A stretch of DNA of 64,000 nt from NCBI GenBank assembly GCA_963712745.1, contig CAVQJC010000020.1:480001-544000 (forward strand), in the 5' to 3' direction. The stretch comes from an uncultured Chloroflexia bacterium. Its GTDB lineage: Bacteria; Chloroflexota; Limnocylindria; Limnocylindrales; CSP1-4. This document shows, piece by piece, positions 20,523 to 30,602 of the stretch (the first letter of the stretch is position 1; every line of letters begins with the position of its first letter). The position numbers and the translations under genes were made by a program. The notes below the pieces were generated by a model, which was not told where the DNA came from, ran no database searches, and was given only the letters and a program-made list of their open reading frames with translations.

Positions 20523-22381
20523 CGGTCCTCGTCGAGCAACAGTTGCGCGGCCTTCATGACATCTGGCACGGGGAAAGGTTTACCGCGCACGCGGTTGAGG
20601 CCCACCGCATCGACGAGGTAGCGCCCGCGGATGAGCAGCCGCAGTTGGCCATTGTTCATCTCAGGGATGAGCACGCGCTTGTAGCTCGAGAGCACGTCGC
20701 CGGTGTTGCGCGGGAAGGGGTTGAGATGGCGCAGGTGGGCGTGGGCCACCGCGTGGCCGGCGCGCTGCAGTCGCTCGGCCGCGGTCCGCAGCGAGCCATA
20801 GGTGCTGCCCCAGCCGAGGATGAGCAGGTCTCCGCTGTCGGGCCCGTAGACCTCCAGGTCGGGGATGTCGTCGGCGATGCCCGCGACCTTGCGCGCGCGC
20901 AGGTCGGTCATGCGCTGGTGATTGTCGGGGTCGTAGCTGACCTGACCGGTGACGTCGGCGCCCTCAAGACCACCGATGCGGTGCTCCAGGCCGGGCGTTC
21001 CGGGGATGGCCCACGGGCGCGCGAGCGTGTCCGGGTCGCGCTCGTACGGCCGGAACGTGGCTGGATCCTGGTGGTTGGCCACACTGATATCAGGCAAGTC
21101 CGCAGGCTCGGGGATGCGCCACGGCTCCGACCCCGTGGCCAGGAAGGCATCGGACAGGTAGACGACCGGGGTCATGTACTTGAGTGCGATGCGGCAGGCC
21201 TCGATGGCCAGGTCGAAGCACTCGGCCGGCGTGGCCGGTGCCACTACCGGCAGGGGCGCATCGCCGTTGCGGCCCCACAGCGCCTGCATCAGGTCGGACT
21301 GCTCGGTCTTGGTGGGCATGCCCGTGGACGGGCCGGCGCGCTGGACGTTGACCACCACCAGCGGCAGCTCGACCATGACAGCAAGGCCCATGGCCTCGCC
21401 CTTGAGCGCGATGCCGGGACCGGACGAGGCGGTCAACGCGAGCGCACCGCCGAACGCCGCGCCGATGGCCGAGCCGATGGCGGCGATCTCGTCCTCGGCC
21501 TGGAAGGTGCGCACGCCGAAGTGCTTGTAGGTGGACAGCTGGTGCAGGATCTCGCTGGCGGGGGTGATGGGATAGGAGCCATAGAAGAGCTCCCGCTTGG
21601 CCAGCTTGGTGGCGGCCACGAAGCCGAGCGCCGCAGCCTCGTTGCCGGTGACGTTACGGTAGGTGCCCGGCGGCAGCTTGGCCGGCTTGACGCGGTAGCT
21701 GGTGTGGAAGATCTCCGTCGTCTCGCCGAAGGCGTAGCCAGCCTTCAGCGCCCGCAGGTTCCCCTCGGCGATGATGGGGCGCGCGGCGAACTTCTTCTCG
21801 ATCCACTTGACGGTCGGGTCCATGGAGCGCTCGAAGAGCCAGAACATGATGCCGAGGGCGAAGAAGTTCTTGGTCAGGTCCACCTGCTTGGTGGACATAT
21901 CCAGCCCCTCGAGCGCCAGCGCATTGAGCTTGCTGATGGGGATCTCGATGAGGTTGAAGTCGCTGAGCGACCCATCACTCAACGGATCGACCTCGTATCC
22001 GGCCTTGGCCAGGTTCTGCTTGGTGAAGGCATCCTCATTGACCACGATGGCCCCACCCGCGGGGACATCGCCGACGTTGGCTCGCAGGGCGGCGGGGTTC
22101 ATGGCCACGAGCACGTCCGGCTGGTCGCCGGGCGTGTAGATCTCGGAGGAGCTGAAGCTGATCTGGAAGCCGGAGACGCCGGGCAGCGAACCGGCGGGGG
22201 CACGAATCTCCGCGGGAAAGTCCGGCAACGTGGCGATGTCGTTGCCATACACGGCTGCGGCACGGGTGAACTGGGAGCCCGTGAGCTGCATCCCGTCGCC
22301 CGAGTCGCCCGCGAAGCGGATGGTTACGCGCTCCAGCTCCTGGATCTCTGGGGCTGGATGGCGGTCTGTCTCTGTGGTCAC
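20519..22381 (-). CDS. korA: 2-oxoacid:ferredoxin oxidoreductase alpha subunit (gamma-alpha fusion)
   Basis: FAGDSGDGMQLTG, YPITPAS, QAEDEIAA, QRAGPSTGMPTK; GTG at 22381 after an AAGGAG RBS. Confidence 0.93.
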   Translation of the reverse strand: MTTETDRHPAPEIQELERVTIRFAGDSGDGMQLTGSQFTRAAAVYGNDIATLPDFPAEIRAPAGSLPGVSGFQISFSSSEIYTPGDQPDVLVAMNPAALRANVGDVPAGGAIVVNEDAFTKQNLAKAGYEVDPLSDGSLSDFNLIEIPISKLNALALEGLDMSTKQVDLTKNFFALGIMFWLFERSMDPTVKWIEKKFAARPIIAEGNLRALKAGYAFGETTEIFHTSYRVKPAKLPPGTYRNVTGNEAAALGFVAATKLAKRELFYGSYPITPASEILHQLSTYKHFGVRTFQAEDEIAAIGSAIGAAFGGALALTASSGPGIALKGEAMGLAVMVELPLVVVNVQRAGPSTGMPTKTEQSDLMQALWGRNGDAPLPVVAPATPAECFDLAIEACRIALKYMTPVVYLSDAFLATGSEPWRIPEPADLPDISVANHQDPATFRPYERDPDTLARPWAIPGTPGLEHRIGGLEGADVTGQVSYDPDNHQRMTDLRARKVAGIADDIPDLEVYGPDSGDLLILGWGSTYGSLRTAAERLQRAGHAVAHAHLRHLNPFPRNTGDVLSSYKRVLIPEMNNGQLRLLIRGRYLVDAVGLNRVRGKPFPVPDVMKAAQLLLDEDR

Positions 22382-22532
22382 GCGGGGGCGGGCTCCTTCT
22401 TCACGACGCCGGCCGACGATGCCGCTGGTCGTGGCTGCAGCCAGTGTAACGCGGAGTGACGTTCGGCCCTTGACGGCGACGGCAGGGGGACTGGATCTGC
22501 CGGCGCGCCCGGGCACCCAGTAGCATCGGGTC

Positions 22533-23579
22533 GTGATCGGCGATCCGCCGCCCGGCCGGCGCGTGCCCTTCTCGGGACAGGCCCTGGGCATCATCCTCGT
22601 TCTGGTCTCGGCTGCCGGCTTCGGCTCCGGGGCGTTATTCGTGCAGCCGCTCTACGACGCGGAGATGGAGCCGCTGGCGGTGCTCTTCTGGCGCTTCACC
22701 ACGGCCGCGCTCTTCGGCTGGGGCTTCCTCCTGCTCTCGGGGCGCCGACGCACATCACTCCGGTCCCTGCCACGCCGACGCGTGGTGGTGCTGCTGCTCC
22801 TGGGCCTCCTCTACGTCGGCAACAGCTATGCCTTCATCGCCTCGCTGCAGGTGGTGTCGATCTCGCTGGCCTCGATCATCGCCTACCTCTACCCGGCCAT
22901 GGTGGCCGTGATGGCCACCCGCTTCGTGCGACGGCTGGAGGGTCGCCGGGCATGGATCGCGCTCGGTATCAGCCTCGCCGGCATCGCCCTCACCGTGGGC
23001 GGCATCCCCGAGGGCGAAGTGCCGCCACTCTGGGGCCTCGCGCTGGCCTTCGCCAACCCTCTGATCTACGCCACCTGGATCGTGCTGCAGGCACGGCTGG
23101 CCGGGGAGCGGCCGGGACCCGCGGGTGAACGGCGAGCGGTATCGATCCCGCCGGGCGACGCCGAGACGGCCATCGACAGCGGGCCCCCGGATGCGCCCGA
23201 CCCCTCCCCCGCTGCGGCCCTGATGACGACGGCCACGGCGGTCGCGTATGCCCTCCTGCTGACCGCCAGCGGCGGGTCGATCTCACCACTGGCGGTGCCC
23301 GCCGGGGTGTGGCTGCCGCTGCTGGGCCTGGGCCTGGTGGCCACCGCCATCGCCATCCAGACCTTCTACGCCGGGGTCAAGCGGGTCGGCGGTGCTCGCG
23401 CCTCGCTCATCAGCACGGTCGAGCCCGTGTACACCGTGGCCCTTGCGGTCATCCTTTTCGGCGAGCAGCTCACGCCGATGCAGCTGGCTGGTGGTGCCCT
23501 GGTCATCTTCGCTGTGGTGCTCGCGGAGACCGGCCGGCCCGATACAGTGAGCACCACACCCGCCCCGGACCGCGCCTGA
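22533..23579 (+). CDS. DMT/EamA-family transporter
   Basis: About 10 hydrophobic segments in two EamA repeats; GARASLISTVEPV motif. Confidence 0.88.
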   Translation: MIGDPPPGRRVPFSGQALGIILVLVSAAGFGSGALFVQPLYDAEMEPLAVLFWRFTTAALFGWGFLLLSGRRRTSLRSLPRRRVVVLLLLGLLYVGNSYAFIASLQVVSISLASIIAYLYPAMVAVMATRFVRRLEGRRAWIALGISLAGIALTVGGIPEGEVPPLWGLALAFANPLIYATWIVLQARLAGERPGPAGERRAVSIPPGDAETAIDSGPPDAPDPSPAAALMTTATAVAYALLLTASGGSISPLAVPAGVWLPLLGLGLVATAIAIQTFYAGVKRVGGARASLISTVEPVYTVALAVILFGEQLTPMQLAGGALVIFAVVLAETGRPDTVSTTPAPDRA

Positions 23580-23618
23580 AGCGGCACCCCATCAAACAGC
23601 CGACCGAGGAACCCACCG

Positions 23619-24498
23619 ATGCGTCTCGTCTCATATCTCGATGAAGCCGGCGACCGTCTCGGCGTCGAACCCACACCGGGCCAGTATCTGGTCGAGCCCC
23701 GCGCTCGGAACCGGCCTGCCCGGCTCGATGTCCGAGCTGCTGGCCGGCGGCGAGGCAGCCCTCGAGGCCCTGCGTGCCGCTGCCCGCGACGCATCCGAGG
23801 CCGGGCGTCCCGCCGACGTGGACCCGAAGCGCCGCATCGCGCCGGTGCCGCGACCGGGCAAGATCGTGGCGATCGGGCTCAACTACCGCGATCATGCCGC
23901 TGAGCTGGGCCTGGACATCCCCGCCGTCCCGCTGATGTTCGCCAAGTTCCCGAGCGCGGTCATCGGTGACGGCGCCACCGTCGAGTGGGACCCGCGCCTG
24001 ACCGACGAGGTCGACCTTGAAGTCGAGCTGGCCGTCGTCATCGGCCGCACGGCCCGCCGCGTCAGCGCCGAGCAGGCTCCGGGCCACATCCTGGGCTACA
24101 CCTGTCTCAACGACGTCACCGCCCGCGACCTGCAATTCTCCGACGGCCAGTATGTCCGCTCCAAGTCACTCGACACGTTCAGCCCGGTCGGCCCCGCCGT
24201 GGTCACCGTCGATGAGTTGCCCGATCCGGGCAGTCTCGCGGTTCGCAGCTACCGCAACGGCGAGGTCATGCAGGACTCGTCGACCGCCAACCTCATCTTC
24301 GACGTGCCCTTCCTGGTCTCGTTCTGCTCACAGGCGTTCACGCTCGAGCCGGGTGACATCATCGCCACCGGCACGCCGGGCGGCATCGGCTACTTCCGCG
24401 AGCCCAGGGTCTCCATGCGTGACGGCGATGTGATGGCCATCGAGATCGAAGGCATCGGCCGGCTCACCAACCCCTGTCGCGAGGTGCGCGCCGGCTGA
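23619..24498 (+). pseudogene. Fumarylacetoacetate-hydrolase family gene split by a +1 frameshift (possible sequencing indel)
   Basis: MRLVSY..RLGV N-terminus with GAGGAA RBS at 23619 is in a different frame from the FAH domain (KIVAIGLNY, DLEVELAVVIG, NDVTARD, TGTPGG); the frames join near GAGCCCC at about 23694-23700. Confidence 0.75.
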
Positions 24499-24620
24499 GC
24501 CGCCACCCGGCGCGGTCGTGCTTGCCGGGGCGGGTTGGCCCTCGTGGGCGAACCTGCATCGGTGCGATCGACCGCACGAGACCGCGCTCGCCTGTTTCGA
24601 GCTGGCCGGTCCGATGGCAA

Positions 24621-24830
24621 TGCGCGGTGCGGACCCCGGTGCGCGGTGCGGACCCCGGTGCGCGGTGCGGACCCCGGTGCGCGGTGCGATCTCCGTTGAG
24701 CGGTGCGATCCCCGTTGAGCAGGCGAGCGTGGCGATCCCCGGTGCGCAGGCGAGCGTGGCGATCCCCGGTGCGCAGGCGAGCGTGACGTGGTGCGATCCT
24801 CGTTGAGCGGGCGAACGTGACGTGCATGGC
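24621..24830. repeat. Tandem repeats: 19-bp unit TGCGCGGTGCGGACCCCGG (3 exact, 2 degenerate) then 27-bp unit TGCGCAGGCGAGCGTGGCGATCCCCGG (2 plus partial)
   Basis: Read directly from the sequence. Confidence 0.9.
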
Positions 24831-24986
24831 CGAGGCTCGGCCGAATCCTCTCGTTCAGCGGGAGCCCGTGGCAGCTTGCGCAGGCGATTCCCGTTCAGCG
24901 GGAGATCCAAGCGCCCCAGTAGCGCTGGGGACGCAGTCTGACGCATTTCGGCACCCGAGCTGGTCGCGTTGTCCCACTCAACGGGA

Positions 24987-25086
24987 ACGGCCGTGGATGC
25001 CGGTCCCTGGGGCACGGCCGTGGATGCCGGTCCCTGGGGCACGGCCGTGGATGCCGGTCCTGGGGCACGGCCGTGGATGCCGGTCC
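24987..25086. repeat. Tandem repeat of 27-bp unit ACGGCCGTGGATGCCGGTCCCTGGGGC (about 3.7 copies, third copy lacks one C)
   Basis: Read directly from the sequence. Confidence 0.92.
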
Positions 25087-25227
25087 GGCTGGTCTCGTCG
25101 GCTGCTCGACGGGAGACGGCACGTCCGTCGCGCGACCTCGCCACCCGGATGACGTGACCGGCGTCACGCGGATCGCATCACTGACACCGCCGAGGACTCC
25201 CGGAGCTGACGACCCAACCCGGCGGTC

Positions 25228-26514
25228 CTACCGTGTCGCGAGCAGGGCCTCCTGGAAGACGCCCAATGCCTCCTCGATCTCCTCACGCTGGACGTTGAGC
25301 GGTGCGATCCAGCGGACGACATTGCCGGCGCCACAGGTCAGCACCAGGAGGCCCCGTTCGGCACAGGCCGCGCTGAGCGCGCTGCCGAGGGCGACGTCGG
25401 GGGCATCGGGGTCCTTGATCATCTCCGTGCCGATCATCAGCCCCGGCCCGCGGACGTCGCCGATGCGCGCATCCTCCGCTGCCAGCGCCTGCAGGCCGGC
25501 GGTCAGCTCCGCCCCGCGTGCCGCGGCGTTGGCCACCAGGCCCTCTTCGCGCATGACCTCCAGCACGGCGATACCCGCCGCACAGGAGACGGGATTGCCA
25601 CCGTAGGTGGAGCCGTGGGCGCCAAGGCCCCAACGCTCCTGCAGCTCGCGCGGCGAGACCAGCGCTGCGAGCGGCAGGCCGTTGGCGATGGCCTTGGCCA
25701 CCAGTACCACGTCGGGAACGATGTCGCTGTGCTCGAAGGCCCACATCCGACCAGTCCGACCGTAGCCGGACTGCACCTCGTCCACGATGAGCAGGATGCC
25801 GTGGCGGGTGGCCAGCTCGCGCAGGCCCTGCATGAACGCGACCGGTGCCGGGATGTAGCCACCCTCGCCCTGGACCGGCTCGATGATGAAGGCCGCCGTG
25901 CGGGCGGGCTGCAGCCGTTCGAGGAAGAGCCGCTCGAGGTAGGCCAGGCTGGCAGCGGAGGCCGCCTCCTCATCGCCGTCGAAGTCACGGTAGGCGTTGG
26001 GAAAGGGCGCGATGTGCACGTCCGGCAGGAGCGGGTCGTAGCCCGAGCGGTAGTTCAGGCTGGAGCTGGTGATGCTGGTGGCCCCGTACGTGCGGCCGTG
26101 GAAACCACCGGAGAACGCGATGATGTGCGTGCGGCCGGTAGCTCTCCGCGCCATCTTCATGGCACCGTCGACGACCTCCGCCCCAGAGTTGCCGAAGTAG
26201 ACCGTGTCCAGGCCTTCGGGTAGCTCCGCGACGAGCATCTCCGCCAGCCGTGTGACCGGGTCCAGGTGGCCCAGGCCATTGCACACGTGGATGAGCTCGT
26301 CCACCTGCGCGTGGATGGCCGCGTTGACCTTTGGATGGGCGTGCCCCAGCGAAGTCACGGCGATGCCGTTGGCGAAGTCGAGATAGGCCCGGCCGTCGCT
26401 GTCGATGAGACGGTGGCCCTCGCCCTTGACCCAGGCCTGCTGGTAGTAACGGCCGAGGATCGGCGAGAGGGTCGCGGTCGAGCGTTCCTGGATGGTGCGG
26501 GCAGTGTCGGTCAT
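25228..26514 (-). CDS. Class III PLP aminotransferase (GabT/ArgD-like)
   Basis: NSGAE, FHGRT, EPVQGEGG, DEVQSGYGRTG, AKAIANG and STYGGNP motifs. Confidence 0.9.
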   Translation of the reverse strand: MTDTARTIQERSTATLSPILGRYYQQAWVKGEGHRLIDSDGRAYLDFANGIAVTSLGHAHPKVNAAIHAQVDELIHVCNGLGHLDPVTRLAEMLVAELPEGLDTVYFGNSGAEVVDGAMKMARRATGRTHIIAFSGGFHGRTYGATSITSSSLNYRSGYDPLLPDVHIAPFPNAYRDFDGDEEAASAASLAYLERLFLERLQPARTAAFIIEPVQGEGGYIPAPVAFMQGLRELATRHGILLIVDEVQSGYGRTGRMWAFEHSDIVPDVVLVAKAIANGLPLAALVSPRELQERWGLGAHGSTYGGNPVSCAAGIAVLEVMREEGLVANAAARGAELTAGLQALAAEDARIGDVRGPGLMIGTEMIKDPDAPDVALGSALSAACAERGLLVLTCGAGNVVRWIAPLNVQREEIEEALGVFQEALLATR

Positions 26515-26579
26515 GGGCTCAAGCATACGGGCAGCGTGCGCAGCTGCGCCACGGGCTCGATGACGCTGGCAGTCGAGGC

Positions 26580-27308
26580 CTAGTAGCGGCGGCCGCGCAG
26601 CTTGTCGAGGTCGAAGCGGGCGGTATCAGCGATGGCCATCACGGCCATCGTGCCCGCTTGCACCGGATCGCTGACCACCAGGTCGGCCTCCGTCGAGACC
26701 GAGCCGGCCATGGAGAGGGCGACCACCGGGATGCCACGCTCGCGCAACTCCCGCACGGCCTTGGTGATCTCGCCGCCCATGAGCGAGCCGGCCAGCACCA
26801 GGATGTGTGCACGCGGCAGGTCGGCCACGGCGCGGACGGCCGCGGCGATCTCGTCTTCGCCAACGAGCGCCATGGTATCGACCGAGATGCGCTCGCCGCG
26901 CAGATTGTGGCGATCGCTCTCGGACACCGCACCCAGGGCCACCTGCGCCACCTGGGCGCCGCCGCCGATGACGATGACGCGCTTGCCGAAGATCTGGCCG
27001 AGGGTCGGTCGTGCGTCGGCGGCCGCCACCCCGGGCACGGTGCGAGCGATCTCGGTGGCCTCCAGCGGGCCAAGGTCGCGCAGCTCGAGGTCGAAGACGC
27101 GCGTGATCTCGTCGTCTTCCCCCTTCTTCGTGGCCGGGAACGAGTTGATGGTCACGACCTCCGCGCCGGCCTCGCGCAGGCGCACGAGGATCTCGGTGAG
27201 GTCCGCATCGTCGGTCGTGCGCACCTCGATAGCGGAGAGCACGTGGCCACGGCTGGGGATGGCGAGATCGGGGATGTCGCTATCGTGCGATTCGTCGTGT
27301 TTGCTCAT
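26580..27308 (-). CDS. ACT-like plus DUF5612-type domain protein (family best known from archaea)
   Basis: [21 protein letters not shown]..[16 protein letters not shown]..[28 protein letters not shown] recalled from archaeal ACT-domain proteins. Confidence 0.8.
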   Translation of the reverse strand: MSKHDESHDSDIPDLAIPSRGHVLSAIEVRTTDDADLTEILVRLREAGAEVVTINSFPATKKGEDDEITRVFDLELRDLGPLEATEIARTVPGVAAADARPTLGQIFGKRVIVIGGGAQVAQVALGAVSESDRHNLRGERISVDTMALVGEDEIAAAVRAVADLPRAHILVLAGSLMGGEITKAVRELRERGIPVVALSMAGSVSTEADLVVSDPVQAGTMAVMAIADTARFDLDKLRGRRY

Positions 27309-27373
27309 CAGTCTTGGACGCAACTATGGCATAGCTACAGGACAGGGCACGCCTCCTGTATCGTCTGGCGACC

Positions 27374-28471
27374 ATGACCGAGACCAGCACCCTCGCGACC
27401 GCCATCCCTGCCGTCGGCGGCCGCGCTCTCATCCGCGTCGGCATCATCGGCGCTGCCGGCATCGCCGGTGGCGAGCTCGTGCGACTGCTCGAGCGTCACC
27501 CCAACGTTCGTATCGCCGGCCTCCAGGGCCGCGACCGCGATCACGAGCCGCTGGGCACGAGCCAGCCTCAGCTCGGCCGCACCGGGCACTTCATCGAGAC
27601 CGACCTGCCCCAGGTCGACGCGGTCTTCATGGCCCTCCCGCACGGCGCCTCGGCGGCGTTGGCACCCGACTTCGTGGAGCGGGGCATGGCGGTCATCGAC
27701 CTCGGCTCCGACTATCGCCTCAAGGATCCGGCCGAGTACGAGCGCTGGTATGCCTACACCCATCCCTTTCCGGAGTTGCTGGCGAAGGCGGTCTACGGCC
27801 TGCCCGAGCAGCACCGGGACGAGCTGCGGGCGCTCGAAGGCGCCGGCACCCGACTGGTGGCCTCGCCCGGCTGCTACCCCACCACCTCCATGCTGGGGCT
27901 GTATCCGCTGGCGCGTGCCGGGCTCATCGAGGACGTCGTGGTCGACGCCAAGAGCGGCGTCTCGGGTGCCGGACGCTCGGTCAAGGCCGATCTCATGTAC
28001 TCGGAGGTCAACGACTCGGTCAAGGCCTACGGGCTCGATGGCCACCGCCACACCGCCGAGCTGGTGCAGGAGATCCGAGACGCGGGACCCACGCCGGAGG
28101 CCAATCCCGGCGCCGCCACGGTCGATTTCCTGCCCCACCTGGTGCCCATGAACAGGGGCATCCTCGCGGCCGGGCACGTCCGCCCGACCCGAACGGTGAC
28201 GGAGGCCGAGCTGCGAGAGCTGTACCAGGAGGCCTACGCGAACGAGTACTTCGTCGAGGTCGTCGACTCGCCGCCGGCCACCGGTCACGTACGCGGCAGC
28301 AACTTCGCGCGGGTATACGCGCGCTACGACGAGCGCACCGGGCGCATCACCACGATCTCGGTCGAGGACAACCTGGTGAAGGGCGCCGCCGGCCAGGCGG
28401 TGCAGGCCTTCAACATCGTCTTCGGCCTGCCCGAGCCGGCCGGGCTCGAGCAGCTCCCCATCGTTCCGTGA
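27374..28471 (+). CDS. argC: N-acetyl-gamma-glutamyl-phosphate reductase
   Basis: PGCYPT catalytic Cys, SGVSGAG, DNLVKGAAGQAVQ. Confidence 0.96.
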   Translation: MTETSTLATAIPAVGGRALIRVGIIGAAGIAGGELVRLLERHPNVRIAGLQGRDRDHEPLGTSQPQLGRTGHFIETDLPQVDAVFMALPHGASAALAPDFVERGMAVIDLGSDYRLKDPAEYERWYAYTHPFPELLAKAVYGLPEQHRDELRALEGAGTRLVASPGCYPTTSMLGLYPLARAGLIEDVVVDAKSGVSGAGRSVKADLMYSEVNDSVKAYGLDGHRHTAELVQEIRDAGPTPEANPGAATVDFLPHLVPMNRGILAAGHVRPTRTVTEAELRELYQEAYANEYFVEVVDSPPATGHVRGSNFARVYARYDERTGRITTISVEDNLVKGAAGQAVQAFNIVFGLPEPAGLEQLPIVP

Positions 28472-29820
28472 GAGCGCTGGCCGACCTGCCATCCGAGTTG
28501 CCTCAGGCCGATCTCGTCGCGCGGCTACCGGGAGGCTTCCGCGCTTGTGGCACCAGCGCGGGCATCAAGGGCTCGGGCGCTCCCGATCTCGCGGTAGTGC
28601 TCGTGGAGAGCGGACCGGCCGCCGTGGCCGCGACCTTCACCACCAACAGTCTGCCGGCCGCAGCCGTGCGCATGAACAAGGAGCATCTCGCAGCGGGGGA
28701 GCCGGCCGGCGGCGGCCGCTACGGCTGGGTCGACGCGATGATGTCCACCAGCGGCTGCGCCAACGCCGCGACCGGCGAAGCCGGCCTGGCCGACCAGCGC
28801 AGCCTGGCCGCCAGCCTGGCCAGGGTCGCGGGCACGGTACCCCAACGCGTACTGGCCATGTCCACCGGGCTCATCGGCACGCGCCTGCCGGTCGAGCGCG
28901 TCGCTCGCGCCCTGGAGGACGTGCCGGCGGCCATGCGCTCGGACGACGCAGCCTATGCCGCAGTGGCCGAAGCACTGCGCACGACCGATTCGCGGGCCAA
29001 GTCCGCCTCGATCAGGGTCGAACTCCCGGGTCCCGCGGGTGAGCCGGTAACGGTGACCGTCAGCGGCGTGGCCAAGGGCGTGGGCATGATCCACCCCAAC
29101 ATGGCCACCATGCTCAGCTTCGTGCTCACTGACGCCGCCGCCGCGCCCGACACCCTGAGCCGGCTGTTGCGGCCGATCGTGGCCCGGACCTGGAACCAGA
29201 CCAGCATCGATGGCGACCAGTCCACCAACGACACCGTCCTGCTCGTGGCCTCCGGCGCTTCCGGCGCCGCCCCGGTCGAGGATGAGCCCCTCGCCCTGGC
29301 CGCCTTCGGCCGCGCCGTCGAAGCGGTGGCCCGATCGCTCGCTCGCCAGCAGGCGGCTGACGGCGAAGGTGCCGCCACGCTCATCACCTGCGCCGTCAGC
29401 GGCGGCCGTGATGATGCCGCTGCGCGCGCTGCGGCGCGCGCGGTCGTGTCCAGCAACCTGGTCAAGGCGGCCGTGCACGGAGCCGATCCCAACTGGGGCC
29501 GCATCGCCATGGCCGTGGGCAACGCCACCATCGCCTCGGCCGCCGTGCTCGATGCCGCCGGGCTCGATGCCGCCTCGGCCCGGGCACGCGCCGGTCAGCC
29601 AGTGGAGCTCGAGGCCGATCGATTGCGCATCGACATCGAGGGCACCCCTGTCTTCGACGGCGTCCCCCTCGAGTTCGACGAAACCGCGCTCTCGGCACGC
29701 ATGCGCGGCGCCGAGGTAGCGATCCGCGTGGACCTGGGGGTGGGTGAGGGAACCGGCGAAGCGTTCGGCTGCGACCTGACCGAGGAGTACGTCATCGAGA
29801 ACAGCGAGTACTCCACGTGA
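28468..29820 (+). CDS. argJ: Ornithine acetyltransferase
   Basis: AKGVGMIHPNMATML autoproteolysis motif, DGEGA, DPNWGRI, GCDLTEEYV; GTG overlaps the argC stop. Confidence 0.95.
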   Translation: MRALADLPSELPQADLVARLPGGFRACGTSAGIKGSGAPDLAVVLVESGPAAVAATFTTNSLPAAAVRMNKEHLAAGEPAGGGRYGWVDAMMSTSGCANAATGEAGLADQRSLAASLARVAGTVPQRVLAMSTGLIGTRLPVERVARALEDVPAAMRSDDAAYAAVAEALRTTDSRAKSASIRVELPGPAGEPVTVTVSGVAKGVGMIHPNMATMLSFVLTDAAAAPDTLSRLLRPIVARTWNQTSIDGDQSTNDTVLLVASGASGAAPVEDEPLALAAFGRAVEAVARSLARQQAADGEGAATLITCAVSGGRDDAAARAAARAVVSSNLVKAAVHGADPNWGRIAMAVGNATIASAAVLDAAGLDAASARARAGQPVELEADRLRIDIEGTPVFDGVPLEFDETALSARMRGAEVAIRVDLGVGEGTGEAFGCDLTEEYVIENSEYST

Positions 29821-30584
29821 GCGGTTCGCCCGTGGTGGTCAAGCTCGGCGGAACCACCATCATGGAGCAGCAGGACGTGCTGCGCGAGATCGTCCAAGAA
29901 CGGCGGGCGCGCCCGCTCGTGGTGGTCCACGGCGGAGGCAAGCGCCTGACCGATTGGCTCGAGCGGCTCGGCGTGGAGAGCCGCTGGGAACAGGGCCGGC
30001 GGGTCACCGACCAGGCCACGCTGGAGGTCTTCCTCGCGGTCATCAGCGGCGTCATCAACGCCGAGCTGACCGAGGCGCTGCTGGCGCTGGGAGCGCGCGC
30101 AGTGGGCGTTCGCGGCATCGACTCGGGCATGATCAGCGGGCCACGCGCCCAAGGCCTGGAGCGCGTCATCAGCGAGCCCGTGGCCGACCCTGCGCTGCTG
30201 CAGACGCTGCTCGAGGGCGGCTACCTGCCGGTGCTCACGCCCATGGGCCTGGACCCCGGCGGTCACATCTGCAACGTCAACGCCGACGATGCTGCGGCGG
30301 CGGTCAGCGCCGCCCTCGGCGGTGAGCTGGTGCTCATGACCGACACCGACGGCGTGCGCGGCGCTGACGGCGAGCGCATCACCGAGCTCACCCCGGGCGC
30401 GGCGGCCCGCCTCATCGAGGAGGGAGTGATCGCGGGAGGCATGGTGCCCAAGGTGCACTCGGCGTTGCGGGCCATCGGCCCGGGGTCGCACGCGCAGCGC
30501 TCGGTCATCGCCGACGGCCGCACGCAGCGGGCGCTGCAGCGGGCGCTGCACGAGGGTGCCGGCACCGGCTTCCGACTCGCCTAG
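29817..30584 (+). CDS. argB: Acetylglutamate kinase
   Basis: VVKLGG, VHGGG, NVNADD, GGMVPKV. Confidence 0.95.
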   Translation: MSGSPVVVKLGGTTIMEQQDVLREIVQERRARPLVVVHGGGKRLTDWLERLGVESRWEQGRRVTDQATLEVFLAVISGVINAELTEALLALGARAVGVRGIDSGMISGPRAQGLERVISEPVADPALLQTLLEGGYLPVLTPMGLDPGGHICNVNADDAAAAVSAALGGELVLMTDTDGVRGADGERITELTPGAAARLIEEGVIAGGMVPKVHSALRAIGPGSHAQRSVIADGRTQRALQRALHEGAGTGFRLA

Positions 30585-30602
30585 GAGCCCTGGCTCGTTC
30601 TG

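Noticed and set aside
24621-25086. CRISPR array
   Set aside because: Units are head-to-tail with no unique spacers and no cas genes are nearby.
24390-25167. Repetitive ORFs across the repeat mosaic
   Set aside because: They are translations of the DNA repeats; the 19-bp and 26-bp units break frame, which argues against coding.
27320-27345. ARG box upstream of argC (GGCATAGCTACAGG)
   Set aside because: Only a half-site match; too weak to call without a PWM.
26602-28467. N-terminal 620 aa of the 1072-aa ORF
   Set aside because: Shadow frame overlapping argC and the DUF5612 gene; only the ArgJ part from 28468 is real.
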